NCBI GenBank assembly: GCA_964016885.1
Contig: OZ024740.1
Span: 219,914,001 to 219,978,000, forward strand
From: Eledone cirrhosa
Taxonomy: Eukaryota
DNA length: 64,000 nucleotides
Direction: 5' to 3'
Shown here: piece after piece, positions 39,443 to 52,879 of the stretch
Layout of the letters: every line of letters starts with the position of its first letter
How positions within the stretch are numbered: position 1 is the first letter of the stretch
The notes under the pieces: model-generated
Databases searched by the model: none
What the model was told of the DNA's origin: nothing
Seen by the model: only the letters and a program-made list of their open reading frames with translations
Position numbers and translations under genes: made by a program

Positions 39443-41223
39443 ACATTCTAAGACCAAGAAAATATTCCAAGAATATAAATAATAGTTACAATATTTCAAT
39501 GTAGAAATCAATACGGAAACAAGTCATCTGATTTTAGAATTATCACAATTTATCAAATTTATCAATTTGTTAAACTGTCTACTACATTAACAGTAGCCTT
39601 TAAAACGACCGTATCTTGCCAGAATTCTCTCACCTCTTTTTGTTCAAACTGGCCATAACTGACTGCTCATATTTATGTTAAGGTATTGTTCTCAAAATAT
39701 ATAATATCAAAATCTCAGATTCGATATTATGAGATAATTATGTGAGGTAAAACCTTTACCAATAAAATCTAATTTCATATATATAGAATAATGTAAATGC
39801 TAAAGGGTTAAAAATATATACAAATAGTGGCACCTTTAAAATTTATATGCTTAGAAAAAGTTGGATAATGTAACAAGATATAAATTATAAAAATCGTTTG
39901 TATATATATTTTTAGAAATGTTTTTTCAGAAAATAACTTACAATCAATGGTTTATAAGCAATTAATTAAATTAGGCAGCCAAATTATATATAATGATAAT
40001 TATTTAGAACTGGAATATAAAATAATGAATTAATAGGGGGGGGGGGGGTCTTGTTTACTGTAAAGAGGTGACTTTCTGGTGGCAGGGACCATAATGAACA
40101 TGTCATGTAGACTTTGGGGTAATTATAGGGTGCAGGGCAATATAAAGTAGAAATTGCCGTGTATGGCTTCAGGTTAGCAGTGGGAAACAGCAATGCATAA
40201 ATGACAACAACAACAGTCATGCACATTATACTTAAGCATATCCATTACCTTACCCTCTCCTTAAAACCCCTGGAAAGTGTGATGGCTACGAGGGCATTTT
40301 TCATTGTTTATGCAGAATGAGTTTTAATCAATGAAGTTTTCAAAATTTAAAAACAAAAGGTATTATATAATGAGGAATTCTAATTTCTGTTTACATTATT
40401 TGGTTAGGAAGAGCATGTACAATTAAACTTTGATAAATCTGTATCAAAGAAATTAGTAACTATGATATTATGGGCAATATATTAGAAATATCAGGTCAGG
40501 CCTCTGCCTGCTACTGGTACCATGTAACCCAGAACAAGCTACTTCACGGTTAGATGGTCTGCAACTAAACTGGTTCCTCCACCAGACTTGTCTGGTGAGA
40601 TGGCTAAATGAAACCCCACAATACAAAAAGCAAGAGTTATAAAAAGTGTGGATGAACTCTTCAGAGTTAATGGCCACCCATCCTAACTAGGGGTTAAATA
40701 GCCTCACGAACCCACAATTGGCCAAGAGAGGTGAGTGCAGCTACACCCCTGACATGACCAATACCAAACCAAAAGTGGTGGAGGTCAACCAGGGAAGGGT
40801 TGTTCCAACAGAAGTGCGAAGGGATTGGATTCGATATTAGAAAATGAATTGATACTATTACTGTTGTTATTCTTTATAGAAGTATTATGCAAGACAAAGA
40901 AAGCTATCTACTTTGACTTTCAGTTCCTGCCTCTTGCCCACTATTTGTTAATATAGGTTCTGAGAAGTTTATGTAGAAATATCTTGGGGTCCCTAAAGAT
41001 GAGAAGTTTTTTAATAAAAATTTAGAAAGCCTTTTGTTTTCTTATATGAATAAATCCTCTCTTGTTAACAATTTTTGCTGTATGTCTTATTAAAATTAAG
41101 GTGGTGAGAATTTTGTAAAACATAGGTGTGAGTTGAGTTCCATGGTTTGGGGAAAATTATACAGAGTTCTGTGATGAAATAAGTTTTGGGTATCACTGCT
41201 CTAGCATATACATTATATAAGTA

Positions 41224-41658
41224 CTAGCAGAAAAACCACTCTTTGGGTGCTTTCCTGCTAGCCTGTGTAGTGTGCATATTGATATTATACGCAAGTATAT
41301 ATACATGTAGATATGATACATCAAATAAAATCGTAATAGACAATATACACAGAAATTGAACAAAGACTGCATTACACTGTCTTATGTAATCAGTAACGTA
41401 ATCCATTGACGGAAATATATGAATATTTATTTAAGCGATCGCTAACCGGAAGTGTTGACGTTTGAAAATTTTAAAGAAGTGAATCTTAAAATAAGCGACA
41501 AAATTATTTATATTTAATCAAGAATAATGAAATTTAGTAGATAAATTATGTAATATTCATTCATTATTTATTCAAAGTAATCCAACTTATTTTACAAACG
41601 GGATAAAAAAATATATTCTGGACACTGTCCCACACTCCTCCCTTTATTATAGTTTAGA
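41224..41658 (-). mobile_element. Probable short non-autonomous Helitron
   Basis: Plus strand begins ta|CTAGCAG, as at 26234, with a subterminal inverted repeat (ctagcag...ctgctag). It ends tttattatagtttaGA|t, which is a 5' TC on the minus strand. Confidence 0.55.
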
Positions 41659-41765
41659 TATATAAAAGTAATACCTTCGACTATGGTGTTTATTTTTATA
41701 GCTTATTCTAAGTTCCTGCAGAAAAATACTTATGAAAACATACTGTGAGTTATTTAAATTTAGAA

Positions 41766-42286
41766 TAGCGTTTCCCAAAGTGAATTCCGAAAAATCCTTG
41801 GGCTATACAAAAATATTTTGGGGTTCCAGGAGATAAAGGGTCTTTTAATGGAGTTTTTTTAATGTAATATGAATAAATTCTATCTCTATAATAACTATAA
41901 TTTTATTTAATATCATATTAAACTTTTTGTTACCAACATGGCAAAAACCAGCTCTGGTTCAATGGAACAAAAGTACTCATTTTAATGCATTTCTATTTTA
42001 ATTTAAATATTCCAACATAATTTTATATAAAAACCATTTGTTAAAATACCATCTTAGTAATGAAATAATAATTTTAGTAAATTCTTCAATAATTAATTGA
42101 AATAGAGTGTATTTCATTAGAAATAGTCACAAAGGGGTTAAAATTAGTGGGTTGAGAAGTGTTTATATGGGTTCCATGATTTAGAAAATGATATAAGGGT
42201 TCAAAAAACAAAATTGGTTTTTGCTCTTAACATGGTGGATACATTTATATAAGGGTTCAACAACAAAATAAGTTTTCGAATCAGTG
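41766..42286. mobile_element. hAT-type MITE with a nested TTAA MITE (41918-42141)
   Basis: An 8-bp TSD atttagaa lies at 41758-41765 and 42287-42294. Related copies occur at about 2600-2865, 7775-8060, 40950-41197 and 53640-53985. Confidence 0.7.
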
Positions 42287-42796
42287 ATTTAGAATAACCC
42301 ATGCAAGCATGGAACTATGGATGGAAAATGATGATCATGATGTTTCTTTTCCTAGTGAATACAAGATATGTGAGAAAAAGATTTTGTATAGTTCCTAGTA
42401 CCAGTAAGATCCATACCAAGCTCTAACTATTCTCAAGAATAGTTGAACATAAGTGCGCTATAGGCTCCTACTTTCAGTAATTATATCAGTTTTGTTTATT
42501 CATTACCATGTGTATCCCAGCTTATAGAATAGATGCACTGCATCCTTGTATATTGTAAGATGCAACTAAAGGCGTTGGCATTAGGAAGGGCATCTAGCCA
42601 TTAAAAATGCCTCATCCAATCCATGCTAGCATCAAAATATGGATTTAAAAAGAATGATAGTGGTGGTGATGATAATGATATAAACATTAAAATAAGAAAG
42701 CTAGTGGATGTTTTTCTGAAACATATTTTGTAATGAAAATCTATATTATTTTAAATCTTGTTTTGTCACACAGGGAAAAGCAGACGTATGATGATG

Positions 42797-42844
<48 letters not shown>

Positions 42845-45052
42845 CTAATTTAAAGAAATCATTTTCTTTTATATAATTGTTCCCTAATACAAAGATAAAT
42901 AAATATATTTAGTATACTGGATATTTACAGATATAGTGTTAAGCTTAAAGTTTATAAAAATTACATGAACTACAGAAACAAACAGATACTGCATACTTAA
43001 TTTTAAAAATCTATTGAAAATCCTACTACACTATGTTTGTTAAGCAATAAAATGAAGATGTTACACTTGAAGCTTAATTGAATGAGTTTTATATAACTGT
43101 ATATTTATCAGCAGCAGGACTATTGTCATAATGGAAATTGAAAGTAATCCACCAACCACTATAAACAGTTTAACACTACAGATATTTGAATCAAAGATAT
43201 ATAAACTACTTTCCCTACAGCAAGTGTCAGCTGACAGTTTTTTTTTTTGTTATTTGTTACTGTATTGTTTTTCTTTTTGAGGAGGAGAAATTTATTTATG
43301 CTTTCTTCTGTAGTTAGAGGTAACAACAGCCTAGAAATACAATACATAATGCAGTTTCCTATTGTATGCATGTAGATTATTTCAGATAAACATTATTAGT
43401 CAGTTTGCTATCAATGCAACGGTATAATGTTGTTTATTAAGACTTTTTTTTTTTAATGTATGCAAATATACATTGCATATATAGGAACCGATATTACTAT
43501 ATGTACTGTATTTATTTAACATTGTAATTATTAATCAATGATTTCCTATCAATACAATGAAATGTCATTTAATATTTTTATCTGTGCTATTTTTATTTAA
43601 GAATGCAACATTTAAGAAAAGTTATAAACAACCATGCCTAACTTACCCCTCAAATCCACAGGTTTCCCCCCTTTTTGTTTTTAGATGAAGAAGAACAGAA
43701 TAGAAAACAAACCTCTCTGAAATATGGAAGTTTGTGAAAGGCAGCCTATTTCCTTCAAAGTAGTATGACTGATAGCATAACTATGAAATGTCCTACAGTT
43801 GTTAAGTGTCAGGCAAGTAAGTAAAGCAAGCTTCCTGCTGCTGCTACCAACTTTTACACCAGCTTTCAGATAGTGAAACATAAGCATATGGATAAAGAAG
43901 TGACGAAAACACAACGAAATTTAAGCTTTAAAATGGACAGTCAGTAGAGAAAACTTTGACAGTAAGATTTAATGCAAGAGCAGTCGCAACTAAATAATAT
44001 ATCTATTTTCAAACTAACTGTGGAATAGTAATTTTCCAGGGCTGAAGGCTTGAAATTATTCAGTTTAAGCTTATAATACATTTTGATAAATTATCCTTAA
44101 GAGTCATTTTATATTTTATAACATTATAATGTGAAGTAATTTATTTTAATATTTTTAGTATCAAAAAGCTGTACAAGAAACAAATAGAATTTAATTATCA
44201 TTAAATGAAAGTAACATAAGTTGAAAATTAGTTTCAATTGTAAATTTTCAATTGCAAAGGTTGCAATGATGATAATAATAATTATTATTATTATTGCATG
44301 AACTATTATGAAAAGTTTATTTTAATTAGTAATATATAAGATATAATTACTAATATACTTATGTTAATTAATTTAACTACACAATTATAAAAAGAATAGC
44401 ATACAGATTATCTGATAGCTGCATATATATTTAGTAATTAATTCTTTGAAAAGATGCAAGAAGAATTGAATTTGAATATTGAAACTAATTAAAAAGTCAT
44501 AAAGAATATGACATCTTGATTTCAGTTTATGCCATATAAGTTATAAAGTTAATAATCAGAGATAAAGTCAGCATAGTATAGAAATAATTATAGCTTCAGA
44601 CTTGAGTATAGGTTGACTAATCTAAAATATATTTGAGAGTGATAGTCATATTTTCTTTTTATAAATAAGATTCAACAGCTAACAAAATACAATAAATTAC
44701 TTGCCTTTTCATTAAATCTACTTTATAGTTTATTTATAGAAATGCAGTCACCGAAAGACTGTCTATGGTTTTGTAACAGAGCTTTCCAAACTATGTGTAT
44801 GCATCATGACACTCAATAATCTCAAGGTGTGTCTTGAAATTAAGTCAAATGTCATCAACTTTTACCAGTATTTGGCTGTGAAATATATTTTGTAACTTGA
44901 TATTTGTTTATTAATTAAGTTTGGCAATTGTGTGTAAGTAAAAACCAGGGTCAGATTAAGTCCTTTTGAGACTAAACAAGATACACAAAGCAAAGTTTTG
45001 TGTTGCTAACAACAAGTAAACAACCAAATCTTAATTATCATAGTTCTACACC

Positions 45053-45338
45053 AGGAAAAGTCCTCTCTGAGGCAAAAGCCTGGGCAAGGTATGTTTATGG
45101 AAGACCCCATGCATGCAGTCTCTTCTTTCCATGCCACCGATGATGTCCAAGGGAAAGGCATTGGCTGATACAGTTGAGCACCAGTGACGTCACAACTCAT
45201 TTCTACAGCTGAGTGAACTGGAGCAACATGAAATAGTGTTTTGCTCAAGAACACAATGCACTGCCCGGTCTGAGATTTTAACTCACAATCTTGCAATTTT
45301 GAGCTCAAAGCTCTAATCACTAAGCCTTACACCTTCAC
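45053..45338 (-). mobile_element. tRNA-derived SINE family B
   Basis: Reverse-complement homolog of 22750-23025. Confidence 0.75.
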
Positions 45339-45518
45339 AAATCTTAATGTAACAATTAATTATATTTTTAAAAAGTGTCAACAATGTGAAAAGTTTGGCA
45401 AGATATGGTTTAGTCACTATCAAAAATATATTGACCTTGAACAAACAGCATTTGTTTTAATCCATGTGATTCTCAGGTTAAAGTTAACATTATCAAATGA
45501 ATAAAACAAAGTATAAAT

Positions 45519-47262
45519 AATTGTTTCTACTTTTGGCACAAGGCCAGAAATTACCCAGTGTATTACTGGTACTTTATTTTATCGACCTCGTAAGGATGAA
45601 AGGCAAAGTTAACCTCGGCGGGATTTGAACTCAGAATGGTGGTGTCATACCCAAAGACTGGTGCAGCAGTATTCTCATAAATTGCTACAAAGGTAAAGGG
45701 GATGCTTTGGAGAGGAGCAATTATAGGGGTATAAAACTGATAGATCAGGTTATGAAAGTGGCAGAAAGGATTCTAGCACAACTAATTAGAGAAAGGGTCA
45801 AACTAGATGAGATGCAGTTTGGTTTTGTGCCTGGGAAGAGTACAACAGATGCCCTCTTCTTGGTGAGACAAATGCAAGAGAGGTTCTTAGAGAAGAATAA
45901 GCCACTATACTTAGCCTTTGTTGACCTAGAGAAGGCCTTTGATAGGGTACCCGGATCTGTCATCTGGTGGTCCCTAAGGAAGCTGGGTGTTGAGGAATGG
46001 CTTGTAAGGACAGTGCAAACTTTGTACAGAGGTACTCTCAGTAAAGTCAGGGTAGGAATGGAGTTTAGTGAGGAATTCCAGATACAAGTAGGAGTACATC
46101 AGGGTTCGGTCCTCAGCCCGCTCTTGTTCATTATAGTCCTCCAAGCCATAACAGAGGAGTTTAAGACTGGCTGTCCATGGGAACTTCTCTATGCTGACGA
46201 TCTGGCTCTTATGGCAGAATCAGTAGAGGAGCTAGAGAATAAATTCCGGCTATGGAAACAGCAGTTGGAAGCAAGAGGACTGAGAGTAAATCTAGCTAAG
46301 ACAAAAGTGTTGATGAGTAGAAAAGAGGACAAAACCCTGATTCCGTCAGGGAAATGGCCATGTTCGATATGCAGAAAAGGAACTGGCATAAATTCTATAA
46401 AATGCACACAATGTAGGTCCTGGGTACACAAGAGATGTAGCGGGATAGCAGGCAAACTAACAGGTAGGGAGAAATATGTATGCAGTAGATGTACAGGGAA
46501 ATTAGACAGTAGAAGTCGCACTGATAGACACATTTTTCAAATGCGAGAGGGCGCTATAGAAGTGGTGGATAGCTTCCGGTACCTAGGAGATCAGATTAGC
46601 ATGGGAGGAGGGTGTTCCGAGGCCATAGTATCTAGAATAAGGACGGGTTGGAAGAAGTTTAGGGAGCTGCTTCCTCTGTTGACGAAGAAGGGTTTCTCCC
46701 TGCGTACGAAAGGCCGGTTGTATGATGCCTGTGTGAGGAGCGCGATGGTGCATGGTAGTGAGACATGGGCAGCTACCGCAGAAGATATGCGACGGCTGGA
46801 GAGAAATGAGGCAAGCATGCTCCGTTGGATGTGCAGTGTAAATGTGCGTGAACGACCCAGCATAAATGTGTTGAGAGAGAAACTGTGTCTGAGAGGGATA
46901 GAATGTAGTGTACGGGAGAGGAGACTGAGGTGGTATGGACATGTGATGCGCATGGAGGATGACCGATGGGTGAAGAAGTGCCAGGAAATGCCAGTTGAAG
47001 GAAGACGTGGTAGAGGTAGACCACGAAAAACATGGGCGGAGGTGGTGAGAACAGACCTCAGATCATTGAAGCTCACGGTGGAGATGACGAGGGACCGTGA
47101 CGAGTGGAGAGATGCTGTGCTGAATAAGACCCGTCCCACCCTTGCAAGCAGGGAAAAGCGGACGTAAAATGATGATGATGATGATGATGAATGGCAAGGG
47201 CCATAACTCTTTGCATCAAAGCATGGCATCCGACCCTCTACCGATACTGCCAATCCACCGCC
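45519..47262 (-). mobile_element. tRNA-derived SINE (family A) split by the RTE LINE (pieces 45519-45639 and 47195-47262)
   Basis: The two flanks join into a sequence colinear with intact copies at 17697-17883 and 38437-38622. Confidence 0.9.
45640..47188 (+). mobile_element. 5'-truncated RTE-clade LINE with an uninterrupted reverse transcriptase frame and (ATG)n tail
   Basis: Motifs NYRGIKL, QFGF, FVDLEKAFD, GVHQGSVLSPLLF, YADD (46190-46201), RRLRWYGHV and GRGRPRKTW. The stop at 47167 runs straight into (ATG)n. A candidate TSD gaatgg lies at 45634-45639 and 47189-47194. The endonuclease domain is missing. Confidence 0.95.
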
Positions 47263-47285
47263 CTACACAAACTATAAATAATACA

Positions 47286-47455
47286 TAGGTGAAGGCAAGG
47301 GTGTATAGTTTAGAATTTTGTTTTATATCTATATAGTTCAAGGTTCAGTCCTGCTGCATGGCACATAAGACAAGTATCTTCTACTATAGCCACTGGTTCA
47401 CCAATGCCTTGGGAGTGGGATTTGGTTGACAGAAATTGTAGAAACCCATTGTGTG
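47286..47455 (+). mobile_element. tRNA-derived SINE family C
   Basis: ggttcagtcc...caagtatcttctactatagcc...gccttgggagtgggatttggttgacagaaattg. Relatives lie at 1600-1760(-), 22310-22480 and 54640-54750. Confidence 0.7.
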
Positions 47456-47596
47456 TATATATATCCTCATCATCACTATTTTACATCTACTGTCCATGCT
47501 TGCATGGATTAAGCACACATATGTGTGTGTGTGGGTGTGAATGAGTGTCTGTGTGCGGGGGTACGAATGTGTCTGCATTTATATGAGTGTATATGA

Positions 47597-47636
<40 letters not shown>

Positions 47637-47640
47637 TGTG

Positions 47641-47684
<44 letters not shown>

Positions 47685-48300
47685 ATGTTTAAGTTTGTGT
47701 GACTTAGTAGTTCAATAAAAAAAAAAATCAATAAAATAAGTACTTGACTAAATCAAGGCAATGCCCAGCATGACACAGTCTAATGTCCAAAACCAGTAAA
47801 TGAATAAAAGAAAAAGTACTGGAAGATGATAAAATAAATTACATAATGATGCATGGAAGGAAAGATGAATATTTAATTAATTTCTTTTTCTTTTTTTTTT
47901 TTCAGTATTTAACTTTACTCTTTTCCTTACCATATTTCTAATAAATAACCCATGTAAGCTTGGAAAATAGATGTTAAATGGTAGCAACAATGGTGATGAT
48001 AATACTGTTTAAATTTTTTAATTCATTTTGAAAATGATTAAGAATTTTCAGGGATTTAGTAAAATAACTAATTTTTCTATTTTTAAGTTTGTGTTTGAAA
48101 CAATTTCTTACATAAAATTATGATGGAAGGTTTTGGACAAATTCTTTAAAACAAATGGCTGTTCATCATAGAACCATGGGTGGTTTCAGGCAGTTATGTA
48201 TCAGAAGGCTTAAAATTTTATTGATTTTTTTTTTTTAGTGGATACTCAAATAAGTATTGCTGGCTCATCTTACATGTGTTTATTATTGAATAAGAGCTGT

Positions 48301-48840
48301 TAACTTTTCCTTTCATCCTTACGGGGTCGATAAAATAAAGTACCAGTAATGTACTGGGTAATTGCTGGCCTTGTGCCAAAAGTAGAAACAATTATTGAAT
48401 AAGAGCTGTGGATTAGCATTATTGGTAGAGCATCGGACAACATGCTTTGCAGCGTAGAGTTACGAACCTTTACATTTTGAGTTCAAATCCTGCCGAGGTT
48501 AGCTTTGTCTTTCATCCTTACGGGATTGATGAAATAAAGCATTAGTAATGCACTAGGGTCATTTTAATTGACTTCCCCTCCCCTAAAATTATTGGCCTTG
48601 TGCCTAAATCAGAAACCCTTATTGAATGTTAATGGAGTGGTGGATTAGCAGAACTGTTAGTGTTGGGCAAAATGCTTTGCAGCATATAATTATGGCTCTT
48701 TATGTTTAATTTCCACTGAAGTCAACTTTCCCTTTCATCTTTCCAAGATTGATAATATAAACTACCAGTTAAATACTAGTGTTGACTTTTATGTTCCCCC
48801 AAAATGCTGGCCTTGTGCCAATGTTGCAGGAAATTATTAA
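48301..48840 (+). mobile_element. Cluster of three head-to-tail SINE family A copies of different ages
   Basis: The first, truncated copy (48301-48390) has a 19-bp TSD attattgaataagagctgt at 48282-48300 and 48391-48409. Two more diverged copies follow. Confidence 0.85.
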
Positions 48841-51800
48841 ATGTTAATGCTGAATATATGGAAGCTACTAAACATTCAACAGAAACTATTCTCCTTAGCA
48901 TCTTTCTATATGAAACATGTTAGCAGAACATGTTAACCAGCATCTTCCAAAAGGTTTACTTGTCGAGTACTGATATAGTGAAAGAACAAATTTTTTAACA
49001 TGGAAAAGTATCCCTACTACAGTGAAATCATGATGCTTCATAGTCAAATAAACATACTACATAGAGTAGAGAAGATTCTTTAGCTTCACAGTAGACAAGG
49101 CAAATTTGCTAGTGTTGGTGCTACGATAAAATGCACCCAGAACACTCAGTAAAGTTGTGGGTGATCTAACTGAGATGATGTACACTAGAGAGAATTCTTT
49201 AGTCATGTCAAAGACTAGACACCTTCTGTAGTACTGATGCCATTGTAAAATGCACTCAGTACACCCTGTAAAGTAGTTGATGTTATGAAGGACACCCAAC
49301 TGACAAAAATTGGAACATATGAGTGTGGTGTGGTCCTCCAACCCATTTGGGAAGGTAGTAACTCCAAATAACTGACTGACCATAACAACCCATCCAAACT
49401 ATGCCAACATGACAAGCAGCTGTAAAATGCAGCAGCTACTGTTGCTACTGATAATGATGATGATGATGATGATGATGATACATCAAAATTAACATACATG
49501 TCCATTCTGAATTCACAACATATGGAATAGATTATCACCTACTCATGTATATGTGTAGCTTCTTCACAAAAACTCCTTCATAGTTGACAAATGTTCTATC
49601 CTTCTCCCAGCAGCTGAAGTTTTTTTCTTGCTTCTCTACATCAATGATCTCATTTTCAGTATCACAACAAAAACCTCCCAGAATTCCTAGACATGTCATC
49701 ACTAATTCCCCTGCTCCCTCATAAGAACATCCTGTCAACAGTTAGCAAATATGAGTAATAATCTGGTTTAACTTTTTCAGAAACAAAATATAATTCTGAG
49801 ATACATGAATTATTGGCTAACTACTTTTTTCAGCCTGTGTCATTGAAGATGTTTGAGGGAGGTTCTTGTCTTAGTTGGTGGCTCACCTAATCAATGTATC
49901 ACAAGGGTGCTTGGTTATTTCAGCACCTTAGCCATGCTATCACCCTTAGAAATGCTGCAAGTCTGTTAACTTGACTCAAACATCATTTGAGAGAAACTCC
50001 AGTATGATTGTTTGGATCTTCTCCCTTTTTTTTTTATTCTTTTTTTATATAATTTTTTTTAATATAAATTGTGATATATATATATATAAAAAGCAACCTT
50101 TTCTACAGTCACTCGATCTCCTAGAAATAGCAACCAAATTTCCCTCAAATCCCATCCTATCATCTTAAAAACAGTGAATTGCATTAAATAATGTAGTCCT
50201 AGATGCACCTAAAATGATGGGATGGTCATAAATAAAACACATTTGACCATAAGTCTGCTTGATCAAGGTTAAATAATAACTTCTGCATTAGACAATGGTG
50301 TATCTGCAATCAAATTATTAAATAACATCTCTATAAAATTATTAAATGTATCACAAACTTTCATGATCTCTAGCATACTGATAGATTGCAGTTTCTCTTT
50401 CTATCATTTCTACAATTGCCTTCATATACACTAGCTCTACTATCTACAATTTTGCTTGAATTTAGTTTTTAAAATGTGTCTCAAGGCTATAGGATTATCA
50501 GATCTCCTTTCTATGAGGTGTTAAGTGACTGAGAGTATAAATCTCTCCCCTGGAATTTGTACGAGTCCATTTCAAGGTTAACTCCCTACTGCTGCTGGTG
50601 ATACTCATATTTTAGGTGAGTGGACTGAAGCAAAGTGAAATAAAGTGCTTTGATCAATGATACAACATGCAACCAGATCCAGGGATTGAACCTACAACCT
50701 TACAATCACGAACCTAACACCAGACCACATATTTACACTGCTTAATATCAACCTATAACAATGAATTATATGAGACTAACCATGCATACACACACACACT
50801 CTCTCTCCCATTACTTTCCTAATTCCATGTCCATGAGTCAACTTAGTTTCTTAATTGTATAAGAAGCAAGAGAAAGAGATTTGAAAAGAATTGTTCTAAA
50901 AATATTGGAATGACACTAAAGTTAGTTGAGTATCATTTGCTAATCTACTTAGCAAGCATAAAAAATCTTTAAGGGTAAAAATTTCTCTTAATGTTTATAC
51001 ATTAAAATTTACCTTTAGGAAAGAACTGCAACAAGAGTAATCACTTTTGAAGTATGAAGCATAAAAATAGAACCTAAAAAAATCTATCACCTTTGTCATC
51101 ATATTTATAATGAAATACATTGCCTACACATTTCAAGTAATTTTGTAAAAAAATCTCAAATCAGGAGGAATTTTAAAAGATACGGGGTTCAATTCCTCGT
51201 AGCTGCTAATGGCAACATTTTTTTCTTCCTTTAAAGGTCTTCACACTATTTTATAAGTTATTTTATAGCATCTCAGTGCATGGCACTCTTTATATTAATT
51301 TATCCTCTCAGCCCTCTGTAGAGGTTCAAGAGATTGGCTACATATATGTTTATAACCTTTTCATGTTTTTTTTTGTTTGGGACATTACTTAACAAACATT
51401 TCATAAATAAAATTATGATGGAAGATTATAATAAGAGAGTTGGTAACAAAAAGGTTAAGTTATAAGTTCCTGGAGTTGTAGAGGGTTTGAGTTCTTTCAA
51501 CATCAGACCCCTTCACCCAGTTGATCAAGCCGAAGTTGATCAAGTCTTAGCTTGCACCTCAACAACAGCAAGCCATAGGCTTGCTCCAAAGCCACCTAGT
51601 AATGGAATATATGCCCCTCCACCACCAACTTCAATGCAAAAGTGATTTCAAGATCAGCCAGAGTTTTGCTGAGTCAGCATCCCATGAACTTCTGATAACC
51701 CACTCAAAATATTCCAATATAATCCTTTGTAACAACCAAATCTTAAGTTACTGTCTCAGTAATATGACTGATGTTGTCAGTAAATCTGTCAAAATTCTTC

Positions 51801-52879
51801 ATTAATTAATTGAAATAGGGTATATTTAATTAGAAATACAGTCATTAAAGGGTTAAATACTTACAAGAGAGTAAAAATAGAAAATTAGGCAGTCAAGTTT
51901 ATATAGCAAATTATCTCACTCAAGTAACCCAGTTTTCATAGACATTAATAATTTAACTGTCACTTAGAGATAAATATTAAAATTAATATTCAAAGATAAA
52001 AGAGAAGGCAAAAAAATAAAATATAAGTTAAACACTCATTTTTTTTATTTTTCCCCTCTGATATCTCCTCACCCATTTCAGTCTGTTTCTCCCCTCATAC
52101 ATATGCACCCGCTCACCCACTCGTTCTTCTGTCATTGCTTTCTCTTCCATTCACCCTCTTGGCCATGTCACTGTTAATCAATAGACAACATAGCATAATA
52201 AGAAGTCTTTAATCTCATTAGATTAAAGGCAAACTCACTAGTGCTGGTGCCATGATAAAATGTACCAAATGCACTCTGTAAAGTGGTTGGTTTTTAGGAA
52301 AGGTATCAAACCATGCCAAAAATAGAATGTACAAAGATGTTGTCATTCAACTTGTTCAGTCTGGGACTGTGACAACACATCTAACCCATGTCAGCATGGA
52401 AAGCAGATGTGAAATGACGATGGTGTTAATGGTAAGGAAAAAAGCAGCAATCAATTAATAAAGTTTGCAAACTTAAGTTTATATACCACAAGGAGAAATG
52501 TATTCTTACCAGAAAAAATACTGTTTCTTTTCTGACAAAGAACCCTTTTGTACCCTTTTGTACCCACATTTCTTATGAAATACACTCTACTTCAATTAAT
52601 TAATGAAGAATTTCCAGGGATTTACTAAAATTACTACTGGTTTCATTACTAAGTAACATAACATATGGTTCTTACATAAAATTATGTTAGATATTAATTT
52701 AAATAAGAAACTTTTTAAATGGGTGGGTTGTTTCAGAGAACCAGAGTCAGTTTTGGCTGAGTTGGTATAAAAATGGTTAATGTTAAAATATTCACATCTC
52801 CTAATGCTTCATGAATTTATATAATTTTTAAATAGAAATATATTGTTTTGAAAGAATAAAGTTTTCAGAAATACAATAC

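Noticed and set aside
41440-41462. ETS-like CCGGAAGT motif with nearby CpGs as a promoter
   Set aside because: It lies inside a probable Helitron, and a single motif is not enough.
45745-47253. Minus-strand ORFs up to 220 aa overlapping the LINE
   Set aside because: They are antisense shadows of the RT frame with no recognisable motifs.
51013-51025. 13-nt AG...GT candidate exon (and a 22-nt one near 52510)
   Set aside because: Neither preserves the frame and there is no other support.
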